The translations under genes and the position numbers were made by a program. The notes under the pieces are model-generated. The model was not told the origin of the DNA, made no database searches, and worked only from the letters and a program-made list of their open reading frames with translations. From Lama guanicoe (lineage: Eukaryota), in NCBI GenBank assembly GCA_013239625.1, contig MU053559.1, forward strand, positions 3,350,607-3,414,606: 64,000 nucleotides of DNA, given 5' to 3'. Positions 1 to 13,844 of the stretch are shown piece after piece (positions within the stretch are counted from its first letter, which is position 1; each line of letters starts with the position of its first letter).

Positions 1-18
1 TTATCTTGCTTATAACAT

Positions 19-447
19 TGCCCTGGGTTGAATATTGTCCCCTCAAAATTCATGTCTACTGGGAACCTCAGAATGTGAACTTATCTGGAAATAGTCTTTG
101 CAGATATAATGAAAACAGCTACTAAAAGTTAAAATGAGGTCACAACTGGATTAGGGTGGGCCGTAAATCCAGTAATTGGTGTCCTGATGAGAAGGCCATG
201 TGAAAGAGCGAGATAGAGGCGGAGGGTAGTGATGTACCTACAAGCCAAGGAACTCAAAGGATAGCCAACAAGCACCAGAAGCTAGGAGAGAAGCATGGGA
301 CAGTCGCCCTTAGAGCCTCCAGAAAGAACCAGCCCTGCCAACACCTGCCAACATCTGGTTTCCTGCACAGTGACAGAATACATTTCTGTTGCTTTAAGCC
401 TCTCAGTTTGTGGTAATTTGTTGTGGCAGCCCTAGGAAATTAATACA
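19..447 (+). mobile_element. MLT1 (ERVL-MaLR) solo LTR, MLT1B/C-like
   Basis: Starts TG..GGGTTGAATATTGTCCCCTCAAAATTCATGT and ends GTGGTAATTTGTTGTGGCAGCCCTAGGAAATTAATACA, typical MLT1 termini. Confidence 0.85.
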
Positions 448-507
448 GGCATCATCAACTGTTATCTAAATTTAGAAGTCTTAGACCCATCCTTAGCTGT
501 ATTTGTT

Positions 508-674
508 CATAAGGACGCCAGTCACATTGAATTAGGGGGTCTGCCCTACTCCAGTACAACCGCATCTTGGCTAATTACCTCTGCGATGACCCTGTTTCCA
601 AATAAGGTCACATTGAGATCCAGGGCGTAGAACTTCAGCATATCTTTTTGGAGGGGACACAGTTCAACCCATAA
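508..674 (-). mobile_element. MLT1 LTR 5' fragment
   Basis: Reverse complement of an MLT1 start (CCCTGTTTCCAAATAAGGTCACATT...GGGGACACAGTTCAACCCATAA). Confidence 0.75.
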
Positions 675-1289
675 TGTATCCCCTTTTCTTTTATCACTGC
701 TTCACATCAGTCACCTTCTGGGCATTGTATGTTCTGTGGGAGCCAAATCTTTCAGATGTCACTCTTGCTCACCCCAGCCTAGCTGCCCTGGTTAGACAGT
801 CACCACCTCTCCCCAGGATTACTGCAGTAACTTCCAAAGTGGTGTTCCTCCTTCATCTCATTCTTCATGCATCCACTGAATTACCTATTTCTTTTTTTTT
901 TTCATTTAAAACTTGTTTTATTCCCCAACTCTGTATTATAAGCACTTTCATTTCAATAGTTAGTCCCATAATGTTTTTTAAATGGGTAAAATATCATATC
1001 ATTGCATAAAGTGAAATTGTCTAACCTAATACTTATTGTTGGACATTTTGGTTGTCTTAAATTTTCACTATTAGAGACAATATTAACAAACATCCTTGAA
1101 GTGAAATGATTGTACATATGCTTAATTATTTCTAAATGATGTATTTCTATAAGTAGAATATTCATTTCAAAGACTTTTCGTAACTACAGTGCTAATTAAT
1201 ACCTCATCAGATTTCTCTGGCTGGGACCCCCCAGTGACTTTCCCTGGCCACAGCACAGAGTATCACCTAGCACAGAAAGCCCAAGGTTG

Positions 1290-1580
1290 GCCCCATCTTT
1301 TCCTTCCCACTGCCTCTCTCACCACTGTGTACCCCCGATCCACTGAGCTGCTCACCCTTTCTTGAAAATAGATTGTTAGGTCTCCGGGCCTTGCCTTACG
1401 CTGTTCTCCATGCCTGGAACACCCTTCATCCCTTCAGTCCCCTACTGAAGTGCTCCTCATCCTGTAAGGCCCCGGTGAAACATTACTCACTCAGCTTGCT
1501 TCACAGTCCCATCACCTAGAAGTATTGAGCCCTTACCTGTGTTGCCATGACTCCTTGTGACTCTGGATACTAATGTAACA
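1290..1580 (+). mobile_element. L2 fragment
   Basis: L2-like motif GCTGTTCTCCATGCCTGGAACACCCTT in pyrimidine-rich context. Confidence 0.5.
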
Positions 1581-2085
1581 CTAGGGAAAAAACAATACCT
1601 CTTATATACAACAATTAACCTTGACAATAGCACTATAAGCAGCCATAGTTATGGACTCAGCCCCCTCTCCTCTGCCACTGATATTAATTCACCATTACAG
1701 CATAAATAAAACGTGTGCGTATGCATATTGTGCATCTGTGTATACAAGAGTTTTGAAATCTGACATGTTTATTATCTCTAATTAAATTTTGTTGCAATCC
1801 ACCTTATCAAAATAATTCTTAAGCCTCTTTAGTGAAGGTATTTATTTCCTAAAATTAGCAAATATATACACAGTTGTTTCATATACAGTGTGTATATATA
1901 AAGCATGTGTGTACATATTTTTATACATATGTGTATATGTGTAAAGTAGCTTCCCCCTACCCAAGAAGATGCCATGAGTGATTCAGTGCTCATCTCATTG
2001 GTAGATTGATGCAACAGTAACCCAGCAGCCAGTACAGCTAGCAGTTTGAGTTTTAAAAACTGAGTTCTTCATAAAGTGAAGGGGG

Positions 2086-2470
2086 AGCTATCACTGCAGT
2101 AATGCTGCGTAACCGCCCCCAGTCATCAGTGGTTCACAACAACACACGTTTATTTTTCTTGTCCACGGGCCTGTAGATCTGCTGGCCTTGCTCTACCTGT
2201 GTCATTCTGGGACCAAGTAGCACCTCGGGCCATGTTCATCTCATGGCGACGGCCAAGCCAAATCATGCCCGCACATCAGGGACTCTGCTTGTCGTGTATC
2301 TGCTAACATTACATAGGACGAAGCCAGCCATGGGGCAAACGCCGAGTCAAAGGGGTAGGAAAATCGACTCCATAGGAGGTCCTGCAAAGTCACATGGCAA
2401 AGAGAACAGAGTATTATTCTAACACAGGGAGGAGGGCAAAGGACTGCGCACAGGAATCCAGTCTCCCACA
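2086..2470 (-). mobile_element. Old MLT1 (J/K-like) LTR
   Basis: TAATGCTGCGTAAC...TCAGTGGTTCACAACAACACACGTTTATT and GCAAAGTCACATGGCAAAG motifs. Confidence 0.6.
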
Positions 2471-4965
2471 GAGTCCTTATGATCTGAAAGTGGATGGTCG
2501 AAACGTCTGCTTTGAAAATAAACTACTTACCAAGAGCTCACGTGATGACAAGGAACAATCTGATGTTGCGTTTACGGGACTGCACTTTGCCACGTCGTTC
2601 TAATTATGTCCATCTTTGTTTTCTTTCCCAGAGATGTGAAGAGGAGTGGCTCGGGATGCCATCACCTATTCCTGCGAAATGCATTAACTATTTAAAGCTT
2701 TTAAAGGATGTGTTTGGCTTAGAGGAGGAGTAACCATGCAGCTTTGGTTACCTCCCTTTGATTTCCTGCTCTACTTTTGCCAAGTCTGTTTCAGTAGCTA
2801 TAATTCCATTAAAAACAAAAAGAAACAAAGTTCATATTGAATTAAAATCCCATAGACTGCAATTAATCTCCATTTGTCATGTTAGTTTTTCAGAACATCA
2901 TACGATATTGCTGATGTATCAGCACTATTAAAAATGCCATTTAAAGAAAGGAACATTTTTATTATATGATTTATTAATACCAAGAATCTTACTGTAACTT
3001 TCTAGCCAACATGATTCATTACAACACAAAAAGAAACTGACTTTTGACAGCTATATATGACAATATAAAATCAAATTATATCAGCACAAAAAGTTATCTT
3101 ATTAAACATTTTTTGAAATCTTTTTGACATGTGTTTATTACTTATATAATTAAACTTCGTAGCAACCCACCTTTTCAAAATAATCCTTAAACTTCTGTCG
3201 AGTGAAGGTATTTGTTTTCTGAAATGAGCAAAGTTATGGGAAGAACTCCCCCTACAACACACACACAAAATTAGGGAGAGATTGAAACATATGCAATGTT
3301 TAGATAGTCAAAGGGCATTAAAAATATAAAGTTAGCTTGTTAACATAGGAATATGTGCATGTGTATATAATTACAGTATGACCAAAAATGTATGATGTCT
3401 GAAATATTTAAGGATGTGAATGCTGAAGATTTTGAGAGAGCTCTTGGTTCATTCTCCACACACAAATAACCGCCCACCCCAGGGGTTTTCATATTCTAAG
3501 ACTCCAGCGCATTTCCCTTTTGCATTTCTCTATTTTTCTCTTTCTTTTAGGACTCTACATTATGAGTCACAGCAGAACTTTTGTCACATAGTGTATATCT
3601 GATTACACCTCCTAACCATGGACCTCTGGGAATTCATCGTGAGAAGGTTGTCAGTCCACCCCATCCTTCAGTGTTGTGTGCTGGGTATCACAAATCCAGT
3701 TGGCTGGTGTTCTCAGAGACAATGAAACCGTGTGGAGAAGGGACTTGGGTGTTGACTTTCATGACTGCTCTGAAGGGAGGAAGAGGAACTGATGACATCT
3801 CAAGGGTCCCTTCCATCTCATTATTCTTCCTCTCCACATTTACAGGATTTGGCCTAGAAATGAGCTGGTCTCTTGGCACTCAGATGTACCAATTTGCTCG
3901 ACAACAATGGCTCTTTCATTTTTTTAAAGAATGGAAGTTAACCAATAAACTATTTCTAGATACAAACCTAGGATAATTCTATATGTGCCATCGTTAAAAT
4001 AGACCCCATAGGATTTTCCAGTAAACTAGAACACTCAATTTATATCCTAGAACCATTTACCCATAAAATCTAATTTTGACTTCTTGATTTTTGTCCCAGG
4101 CTTTTTCTTTTTCTTTTTTTTTTTTTTAAGACAACTGACAGTGCCAAGCCATTTTGTCACTTTAAGATTTTCCACTCCCCAGAGAGGCAAGCTTTTAGAA
4201 GGATGACACTTTCCTGGAACTTTTCAGGCTGACACATTTGTCACTTACCTATTCCGTTTCTTCAGTCAGTTGTCTTTCCCTCAAGATTTTAAATCTGTAG
4301 ATAATTTAGCCCTTGAACAGCCTTGTAATATAGTTCATTTGAGAAGCAGGAGGGGGAAAAAGGAAGGAAGCAAGCCAGTGATCTGCTCCTGAGTTTGTAG
4401 GATGACAACTGCTTGTTGGGTTGCATGGACGTGTCACCACCCTGCTTATCCACAGTCCGAGCCCACAGTTAGCAAGTAAATGGTCATTATAGAAATCATG
4501 CCAATAAACATGATGCACTGCAGCCATACAGATACTTTAAATAATTATTCTTTTTATAACTAAGCCATATACTGAAGGAGATTTATAATTCAGAGATAAT
4601 ATACCCATTAGTAAAGTTTATGACCCAATAAACAGCTCCCACTAGTTAATAAATGGCAAAGCCATAAAAACAAAGACTATTAATTTAATAGAATTTCTGC
4701 ACCTCCCTCTTGCTGGTGGTCTCAAGGCACTGAAGGGAAATGCTATCTTAGGAAAAACATTTATTCCCGTTATGTAAATATCAATGAATTGTCTTACAAT
4801 CCATCTGGAAATCTCCCGGCCCCCACCTCCTTGGTCCCAGGTGGTCCTGAAATGCTGATGCAGTCTGCTTAGGTTTCAAGCAGTAGATAACTCTGGTTTT
4901 CAGCACAAATAAACCCTGTGACTCAAATCTTTGGGGGATGTGGAGAAGATGGCTGTAATTTCTGT

Positions 4966-5180
4966 CTCTCCTCTACCCTCTGAAGAAGAGAAATCCCAAC
5001 TATTACCATTATTCCAGAGTAGTAACTTCTAAGTTTCACCATCTTTGCGTACACTTAAGTTGCTAGCTGCCTCTTCTCTTTCCTCTGAAAAAAAGAAATC
5101 CCTACTCTTACCATTGTTCCTGGATAATAATTTTTAAAGAACTTTCATAACCTTTGTATATACTTGTATTTTTAGCTGCT
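4966..5180. repeat. Diverged two-copy tandem duplication (~105-110 bp unit)
   Basis: CCTCTGAAGAAGAGAAATCCCAACTATTACCATTATTCC...TAGCTGC followed by CCTCTGAAAAAAAGAAATCCCTACTCTTACCATTGTTCC...TAGCTGC. Confidence 0.8.
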
Positions 5181-7299
5181 AATATTTCTCATTTTGATGG
5201 AAAAGCAGGTGCTGCCGGTGGATGTCAGGGTGAGTTGAAGGTTAATATAGGCAATCCTTTTGTACTAAGAACTAATTGTTTTTTTTAATATTCCTGGAAC
5301 CCTGGGAATGATTGATAAAGTCATTTGAAAGCCCCAATCAAATCATGTCTTTTCATAAGAACCTGATGAAAAGCTGTTGAAGTTCACATTAAATGGTTTG
5401 CTGAGTCATTGTTGGAAAGTGGGGATGTCAGCAGATGGCTAATTTCCAGTGTGGGGTTTTGGGGGGTTTCTTGTTTTGTTTTTGCCTTTTCCCCCCACTT
5501 TAAACCCAACTGAACTGTTTGGACTTAACCGTTTGAAAAGCAACATGTATAGGTCTATCGGTTGACTTTAATGCTTACTAAAATAGTTGAATTCTTATAA
5601 TAGAGAGAAGATAAAGAGTGCTGTAACTTAAGTATTATTATCGTTTAAACATTTTGCCTGCTTTAGTCTATTTATTGCCCCTGATCCAATTAACGTCAAA
5701 CACACCATTCTTGGTCTTTGTTTGAAGTTTGTTTTTCGGGGGAGAGTGGGGGTTGTATTGCTTCCAGGCTTTATGGATAGCTCAGTCATCAGTTTAGGAT
5801 ATTTAAAGTGCCCTTCCTCCTTTCAAATAGCAGGGAATTATCGACGAACAAAATGAAACCTCTCCAAATTTAAAAAAAAAACAGTCTTGCCTTTCCAATT
5901 TGGATTATCTTAATTTGAAGATTGCTTCACAGCCTTTTCCACTTGTTCCATACGTGATAATTTCGCTGGAAGTTTGGCAGTTCGAGTCTTCTCTACTAGC
6001 TTAATGAAATACTAGGGTTTCCCACAAAATATTTATGATGCTTAATAATGCAGAGTCCACTGAATAATGAATAGTCACGTTCCCAATTATATGTAGATTC
6101 TTTTTAGCTAAGAATATAGATTCCTGAATTCTGAATAGCCTTCAGAATTGGTCTGTAAATGGTCTTTCAGACAAACAGCTTCCAAAATGATATTAGACAT
6201 ACACTCAAGTGATACTTGTTTGGGCAAAAGTCTGAATGGCTTCGAGTTAAAAGCAGGTTAAGACCTTTTTCCAAAATGAGTCTCTTCAAGTTTGAACATC
6301 TTCAGAAACACTGTGCTTTTCAGTTCCCCAGAGAATGTGATGGGTAAAAACAGAAAACCTACTGAGGCAAGATCACTGAAGCTATTGAGCACATAAACCC
6401 GGAGTGATAATGGAGCAAGCATCATTGTTACAAAGTAGCGCTGACGGTGCAGTTAGTTTCAGAGACATTGTAATTCACCCCCCTCCCCCGTCACCTTCTT
6501 ACCAGGTTATATATGGGTTTAAATAAACATTTTCATTCAAGTTCAATAAGTTCCCCAGACCAAGAGTTTGAAGACAAGAATGTACATCTTTGCATTTGTT
6601 CCTGGTACCCCCGTAAAATTCCTTCCAAGGGGACTTTCGAGCCCATTATGTGTCTGGTGGGTGGCACGGGAAGCCAAGGGTCAGCGCTGCTGCTCAGAAG
6701 CACCTGGAAACGGCTGAAAAATGTGGCTGATGAAAAACTCCACAGTGGCTCTGCAAGGAGAGAATTAATGACTGGCTAGAATCAGTAGGAGCCTTTACTT
6801 CTAAATACTCATTAGTTTAAAGCAGTGAGGCCTGATGTTATGCAAGTTATAGAGGGAAACGGGGACCGCCCCTTCCCATTGTCTATTTTGAACAGAATAT
6901 GCACATTTAACTCAATGGTGAATGGTTCAAACACATCAAACCAACAATTCATCCATCTCCCAGCTTCCTGAGCACTGCTTCGCTTCTGTGTAAAGCCAAC
7001 AATAGCGGAAATGCTTGTTATGACCCCACTGTAATATTAAAATCCAGAGGGACTGATGGCTGGGTGAAAAACACAAAATATATTCTCCTTTAGAAACTGT
7101 TCCACCAAAGTCGTCTCTCTGTGTTTTCCACTTTCCTACTTCGCCTAGAGGGGAACAGCTGCCGGAAATAGGAACTTGATAAAAATTACTTTTGCTGGCT
7201 TTTTTTCTCCCTTGCTACCCCTGTTCTCCATTCTTGCTGTGAAGCCACTCACTGAATACAGAACAGGAGATGACGAGTAATTTCAGACTGCCACAGACA

Positions 7300-7960
7300 G
7301 AGAGTGGCAAGAGGCAAGGGAAGTGGCAAGAGATGACAGTCACAGAGGGGACTCGGAGGAGAATAGGGACCACCTGGTGTGTGTAACTCACATTTAAGAG
7401 TTTGAACTTCATCCTAAGGGCATGAGAAACGACTGCAAGATTTTTAATCTGGAGAACGAAAAGATCGTGTCTGTATTTAAAAAGCTCTGGCTGCTGTGTG
7501 CGTGTGAACTACAAGAGTGGGTTTGGCAGCGAGGAGTCTGACTAGGAGGCTGTTGCCAGGGAAGTGATGGGTGGTTTGGATTCATGTCATGTCAGTGAGG
7601 TGGTGAGGTCGATGAGGAGTGGATAAATCCAGGACACATTCAGGATGTTGAAGATAAGGGAGAAGAAATCAAAATTAAGATTGGGTCACTTTGGCAGCCG
7701 GGTAGGTGGTGTTGCCATTCATTGTGCTGGGATATACCAGGGGCAAATCGGGTTGGAGGGGGAATGAAGAATTCTGCCTTGGGCTTGCGGATTTAGGGTG
7801 CCTGTGGAACAGGTAAAGGGAGATGCTGACAAAGCAACTGGATTAACAGGTCTACATCTCAGCAGAATGGCCAGGGCTGGAGAGGCATGTTTGAGAGTCA
7901 TCAGGGTGTGGGTGGTTAATTATGAGCTTAGCTAAGATTGGCTAAGGGCAGTGTGCTGTC
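7300..7960 (-). mobile_element. L2 fragment
   Basis: Purine-rich antisense L2 signatures (CTCTGGCTGCTGTGTG, AGGAGGCTGTTGC, TTTGAGAGTCATCAG). Confidence 0.65.
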
Positions 7961-8159
7961 TGAGAAGCACAGTGCCTAGTGTATTACTTACATTTTTTAA
8001 AGAGCTTTTTATTGACATGCAATGAACTGTGCATCTTAAAATGTACAATTTGAGAAACTGACACATCCATCTACCTGTGAAGCATCATCCCAATCAAGAT
8101 CCTGAACCTATTCCCCCAAATTTCCTCACGCTCTTTGAAATCTCTTTCCATGTCCCCAT

Positions 8160-8689
8160 TGTCGGGGAGGAAAAATTATTTTCCATCTACCATTCTTACC
8201 ATTCTGAGTTCTTGGCTGAGACCCCCTGTAATAAAAGATTAAGAGAAAAAGAAACAGAAAGTTAACATGTACACCTCATGTATGCCAGAGAGGGATCCAG
8301 AAAAAAATTACTAACTTTCCGAGGTGATTGAAGCCACCACCTCAAATACCATCTTCGACTAAAGACAAAAGAGAAGTGTTTTGGGGGCCGGAGAGGGGAG
8401 CAGTTTGGGGAGGTGACCAGGAAAAGCAAGGTAAACAAGGGTGAGTTTGTTTTGCAGATATAAGTCAGTGCCTTCTTCATTAATAGGGGTTTCTTGTGAT
8501 TTTGAGCCATCCTCTTCCTGGTACAGAGAGGGAGATGCCCTTATAAATGGAGATTTCTATTATAGATGTAAATGTCCCTTACAAAAGGGTGGCTTCTCTT
8601 TTCAAAGCTTCTCCTGAGTCTGCTGTGATTATTTCTCAAAATAATCAGCTCAAAATATTCCTTATGCCAAAGAGGGTGGTGTATTCTCA
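8160..8689 (-). mobile_element. ERV1-type solo LTR (MER34-like)
   Basis: TG...CA ends, 4-bp TSD CCAT (8156-8159 / 8690-8693), CTCAAAATATTCCTTATGCCAAAG motif. Confidence 0.75.
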
Positions 8690-9069
8690 CCATCTCCCAT
8701 ATCACTTAGCTGCTTTCTGTCACTGCAGAAAAGTTAGTGTTCTCCAGAATTTTATAAGTGGAATTATATAGTGTGCACTTTTTTTTTTTTGGTTTCTTTC
8801 ACTCGGTGTAATTATTTTGCAATTCTCCCATGTTGTTGCATGTACCAATATTTCATTTTATTTTATTTCTAAGTAGTATCCCATTGTATGCACATACCAC
8901 AGTTTAATTCATTCACCTGTCTATGGACAGTTGGGTTGATTTCAGTTATTACCTATTACAAACAAAGCTGCTATGAACATTCGTGCACAAGTCTTTATAT
9001 GGATATATGCTTTCATTTCTTTTAGGTAAATACCTAGGAGTAAAATGGCTGGTTCCAATGGTAGATATA

Positions 9070-9472
9070 CGTTAAGTAACAAAAAATCCAACAAAAGTGA
9101 TTAAAGATCAAATTGGCCTTATTAAATAATTCATGAATTGGACAGCATCTCATCTAGCAAATAGAAAGGAGCTCCACTGAGCTGTAGAAAAGGAAAGGTT
9201 TTTTTAAAGGCAGGAAAGAGACAGGAAAAGGAAATTATTAGCAAAGAATGCATCGTTTCAGGAAGGTTACCCTCCTAAGGGAAACAGAAGGGACCTGTCA
9301 GGTAGATTACTACTGAAGTAGTCTGTGCTGACCAGGTGATTCCTTCCAGGTTGACTGGTTAAAGGTTACATTCCTGGGGGGTTGAAACTGCAAATAGTTT
9401 GGGTATTAAAGTCTTGGTTTGCTGACATGGGGTTTAGCACATCATTTTGGGCCCGCTGTCTCCTTTTTAACA
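9070..9472 (-). mobile_element. Solo LTR (ERV1-like)
   Basis: (C/T)GTTAA...TTAACA inverted termini; interrupts the L1 sequence GGTAGATAT|ATGTTTAACTT. Confidence 0.6.
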
Positions 9473-11049
9473 ATGTTTAACTTTTTAAGTAACTGACAAG
9501 GTGTTTTCCAAAGTGATTGTACCATTTTACTTCCCTTCCAGCATTGTATGAAGTCCCAGTTCCTCCACATTTTTGCAAATACTAGGTATGGCCAATCCTT
9601 TCAATGTTAGCCATTCTAATAGATGTAGAGTAATACCCTATTATGGTTGTCTATTTTCTTACTGAGCTTTGAGAGTATCCTATAAGTTCTAGATTCAAGT
9701 CCTTTATCAGATATGTGACTTCTAAATATCTTCTCCCAGACCGTAGTGGTCTTTTTATTCTCTTGACAGGGTCTTTTGGAGGGCAAGTGTTTTAAATTCT
9801 GATTAAGTATTTTATCAATTTCTTTTTTTAATTGTGCTGGTGATGTTTTATCTAATCCTTGCCTAAACCAAGGTCACGAGGGTTCTCTCATGTTTTCTTC
9901 TAGAAGTTTTTAAGATTTTTCATTAGGTCCATTTCTAGTTAATTTTTGTTAAGATGTGAGGTATGGCTCCAAGTTTCTTTCTTTGCATATGGATATCCAG
10001 TTGTTACAGTACCATTTGTAAAGAGACTACTGTTTCTCCACTGAATTGCCTTTGTACTTTGCTGAAAGTCAGCTGTTGATATAGAGATAGACCTATGACT
10101 AGACTTTCTATTCTGTTCCATTTATTTATGTTTAATCTTTACACCAATATCACACTGTCTTGATTACTGTAGCTTTATAAGAAGTCTTGAAATCAGTAGA
10201 GTTAATTCTCCAGTCTTGCTCTTCTTTGCATAGTCATTTTGGCTATTCTAAATCTTTGTATTTCCATTTGAATTTTAGAATAAGCTTGTCAGTTCAAACA
10301 TCCTGCTAGGTTTAAATTGGAATTGCACTTAAGTTACAGATCAATTTGAGGAAAATGGACATCTTAGTAGTATTGAGTCTTCTGATCCATGAACACAGTA
10401 TATCACTCTATTTATTTAAGGCTCCTTTCTTAGCAATGTTTTGTAGTTTTTAGTGTACAGGTATTGCACATATTTGACAAATTTCTCCCTAAATATTTCA
10501 TACCTGTTAATTCTAATATAAATGGCAGTTTCTTTAAATTTCAATTTCTGATTGTTGCTAGAAGACAGACTGATTTTTGTACAATGATCTTGTATCCTTC
10601 AAACAAAATAAATACATTTATTATTTTTGTGACTTTTTTGGTAGATATATTCTTTACATAGACAATCCATATAAATGATCACAGATGATCAAATTTTCCA
10701 TATAGATACTAGTCTACAAATAAGGTTTCACTTCTTCATTTCAAATCTGGATGCCTCTTATTTCTTTTTCTTATCTTGCTACACTGGCTAGTACTTCCAA
10801 TACAATGTTGAATAGAGTGGTGAGGGTGGACATTCTTTGCTTGTTACTGAACTTATGGGGGAAAGCATTGTTTTTCACCATTAAATATGATTTAGCTAAA
10901 TCAAAGGTGTCTTTGATCAGTTTTGGGAAGCTTCCTTCTACTCCTACTTTGATGAGAGATTTTTTCTTTTATCAGGAATGGATATTGGATTTTGTCAAAT
11001 GCTTTCACTGCATCTCTTGAGATGATCATAATAATTTTTGTTTAAATTT

Positions 11050-11342
11050 TGCTAATTCTATGTTTAGCTTTTTGGGGAGCTGCCAAATTGTTTTCCACAG
11101 TGGCTGAATTCTCACCAGCAATATACGAGGGTTACAATTTTTCTGTTCTTGCCAACACTTATTATTTTCCATTTTTAAAAAGTATAGCCATCCTAGTGGG
11201 TGCGAACTGGTACCTCGTTGTGGTTTTGATTTGTACTTCCCTAATTACTAATGACGAGGAACATCTTTTCATGTCCTTGTTGGCCATTTGTATATCTTTT
11301 TGGAGAAATGTCCACTCAAATCTGTTGCCCATTTTAAAATTG
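11050..11342 (-). mobile_element. Nested L1 ORF2 3' fragment
   Basis: Second copy of the ORF2 C-terminal region (CTCGTTGTGGTTTTGATTTG) lying inside the RT region of the host L1. Confidence 0.6.
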
Positions 11343-13118
11343 GAAATGACATTGACTTTTGAATGTTAAGCCAACTTTGCAATACTGGAATATAACTTAC
11401 TAGGTCATGATGTATTATCTTTATATATTGCTAGGTTTAATTTGCTACAATCTTGCTTGAATTTTTTTCCTATGTTCACAAAGACTTATTGATCTGTAGT
11501 TTTCTTGTCATGTCTTTCTCTAGTTTTGGTTTCCTGGTAACAACGCTGGCCTCATAGAATGAGTTGGGAAATATTCCTTCCTTTGCAGTTTTATGGATGA
11601 GTTTGTGTACAATTGGTATTATTCTTTCCTTAAACGTAACCAGTGAAGACTGCAGTTTTCTTTGTGGGAAGTTTTTCTTAAACTACACCCTCAATTCCTT
11701 TAGTAGATATAGGGCTATTCAGGTTATATATTTCTTCTTTGGTGAGCGTTGATAGATTGTGTTTTAAAGGACTTTATCCATTTCATCTTGGTTGTTGGAT
11801 TTATTGGCTTAAATTTGTTCATAGTAGTCACTTATTATCCTTATAATATCTGAGGAGGCTTTAGTGATGTCACCTCTCTCATTCCTGATATTGGCAATTT
11901 CTCTATTTTTTTTTCCTGATCATTCTGGCTAGAGATTAATCAATTTTATTGATCTCAAAGAAGCAGCTCATGATTTCCTTAACTTTCACTAGTGTCCTGT
12001 TTTCCATTTCAATGATTTCTGCTCTGTTCATTATTATTTCCTTTCTCATACTTACTTTGGGTTTAGTTTGCTCTTTTTCTAATTTCTTAGTGTGAAAGCT
12101 GAAGTCATTGATTTGAGGGCTTTTTTTCTGATGTAGGCTTCTAGTGCTGTAAAATCCTCATAAATACTGCTTCACCAACATCCCGCAAATTTTGTACATT
12201 GTGTTTATTTTCGTTCAGTTACTCATTCAGTTACTTTCTTATTTCTCTTTGATTTCTTCTTTGATCTACAGGTTATCTAGAAGTCTGTTATTGTTTCAAA
12301 TATTGGAGGATTTTCCAAAAGATCTCTGATGATCTAATTTAATTCCTTGTGGTCAGAGAACATACATGTATGACTTGTATCCTTTTAAATTCACTGAGAC
12401 TAGTTTCATGGCTCAGAATATGGTCTATCTTAGTAAACACATCATATGCACTTGAAAATGATGTTTATTATGTACTTCTTTGGTGAATATTCTATAAATG
12501 TCAGTTAGATCAAGTTGTGCAAATCTTCTATATCCTTATTGATTTTCTGCCTACTCGGTCTAACAATTATTAAGGGGAAGGTATTAAAATTTCTGCCTAT
12601 AATTATGATTTTGTCTACTTTTCTCTACAATTCTTTCAGTTTTTGCTTCATGTATCTTGAAACTCTGCTATTAGCTGTATAAACATTTAGGACTCTTATG
12701 TCCTCTTGATGAATTGACTATCATTATGAAGTTTCTTATCTTTGGTAATGTTTTTTTGCTCCAAAATCTACATTGATAGTAAGGCCACTTTAGCTTTCTT
12801 TTTATTGTTATTACTGTGGTATATTTTTTTCTGTCTTAAAACTTTTAACCTATATGTATTTTTACATTCAAAGTACCTTTCTTATAGGCAGCATTTTGTT
12901 GAGTCTTGCTTTTTTTAATCCAACATGACAATTGCCTTTTATTTGATACATTAAGATTATGTGCATTTAATGTAATTATTGATTGATGAGATTTAAGTCT
13001 ATCATCTTGCTGTTAAGTTTCCTGTTTGTCCATTTTTCCCCTTGTTTCCTTTTTCTTCCTTTTGGATTATTCCGTTTTTTTTTTTCATTGTTTTATCTCA
13101 TTGTGGATTAGTAGCTAC

Positions 13119-13627
13119 TGTCAGAGAGGAAAAACTTTTATTCTACCCTCTTAGGTTTATAACTTGAGGGCGTGCAAATTAAAATGAAAAAGACAGATTT
13201 TCAAGAGGGAAAAAAAGATTTAATTACAGACACACAAAGACATGTGAGTCAAATTGGCCATTAGGGGCTTATTTACCATCAACAGATGAGGAGGGGCAGA
13301 GAGGTGTTTCTGGGAGAACAAATGACTTCTTAGAAGGTGTGGTGGGGGGAGAGCACTTACAGAAAAACAAAAGACTTTTTTTGGGTAAAAAATAGGCACT
13401 TAGGAAAATAGATAGGAGACATGATAGTTTTATGATAATGTCTGGGTGTGGTGCTAACTTTTCTCTGAAAAGTGAAGAATACAGAGTTGCTCCTTGGGTG
13501 GGAATTTATGACAGTTGGATTCTTTGGGGAAGGCTCTGCTTTTAGGCAGATAAGGATTTTCAGGAAATCAAGTGGCTTCATCTCAAAATACTTCTTATGC
13601 TACAGTGACTTATTCTGGACCACTTCA
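13119..13627 (-). mobile_element. ERV1-type solo LTR (MER34-like)
   Basis: TGTCAGAGAGGAAAAA start resembles the 8160 LTR; CTCAAAATACTTCTTATGC...CACTTCA end. Confidence 0.7.
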
Positions 13628-13730
13628 CCGTAACTCTGTAATTTGTTATTTTACTGGTTGTTTTAGGGTTTACAGCATATACTTTTAACTTAGCACAATC
13701 TACCTTCCAGTGATGGTACAGTGTAGAATA

Positions 13731-13820
13731 ATCAACACTTGAACAATGCTGGGGTTGTGGTTATTGTCCTCCACACAGTCAAAAATCCACATATAAGTTA
13801 CATTCAGCCTTCTGTATTCA
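13731..13820 (+). mobile_element. MER8 (TcMar-Tigger) 5' half
   Basis: CTTGAACAATGCTGGGGTT...CAGTCAAAAATCCACATATAAGTTACATTCAGCCTTCTGTAT resembles the MER8 start as recalled. Confidence 0.6.
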
Positions 13821-13844
13821 TTTATGTTTCTGTATGTTATGTAT

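Larger units (their letters stand above)
7992..13720 (-). mobile_element. Old degraded L1 (L1MB/MC-like, 3' UTR and ORF2) hosting several nested insertions
   Basis: Antisense L1 3' UTR and ORF2 motifs (GCTGCTATGAACATT, GATTACTGTAGCTTTATA, ACAATGTTGAATAG); resumes after each nested LTR. Confidence 0.8.

Noticed and set aside
2612..2750. Possible plus-strand exon after TTTGTTTTCTTTCCCAG (similar acceptor-like tracts near 60560 and 63490)
   Set aside because: No convincing donor, reading frame or homology; unsupported without transcript data.
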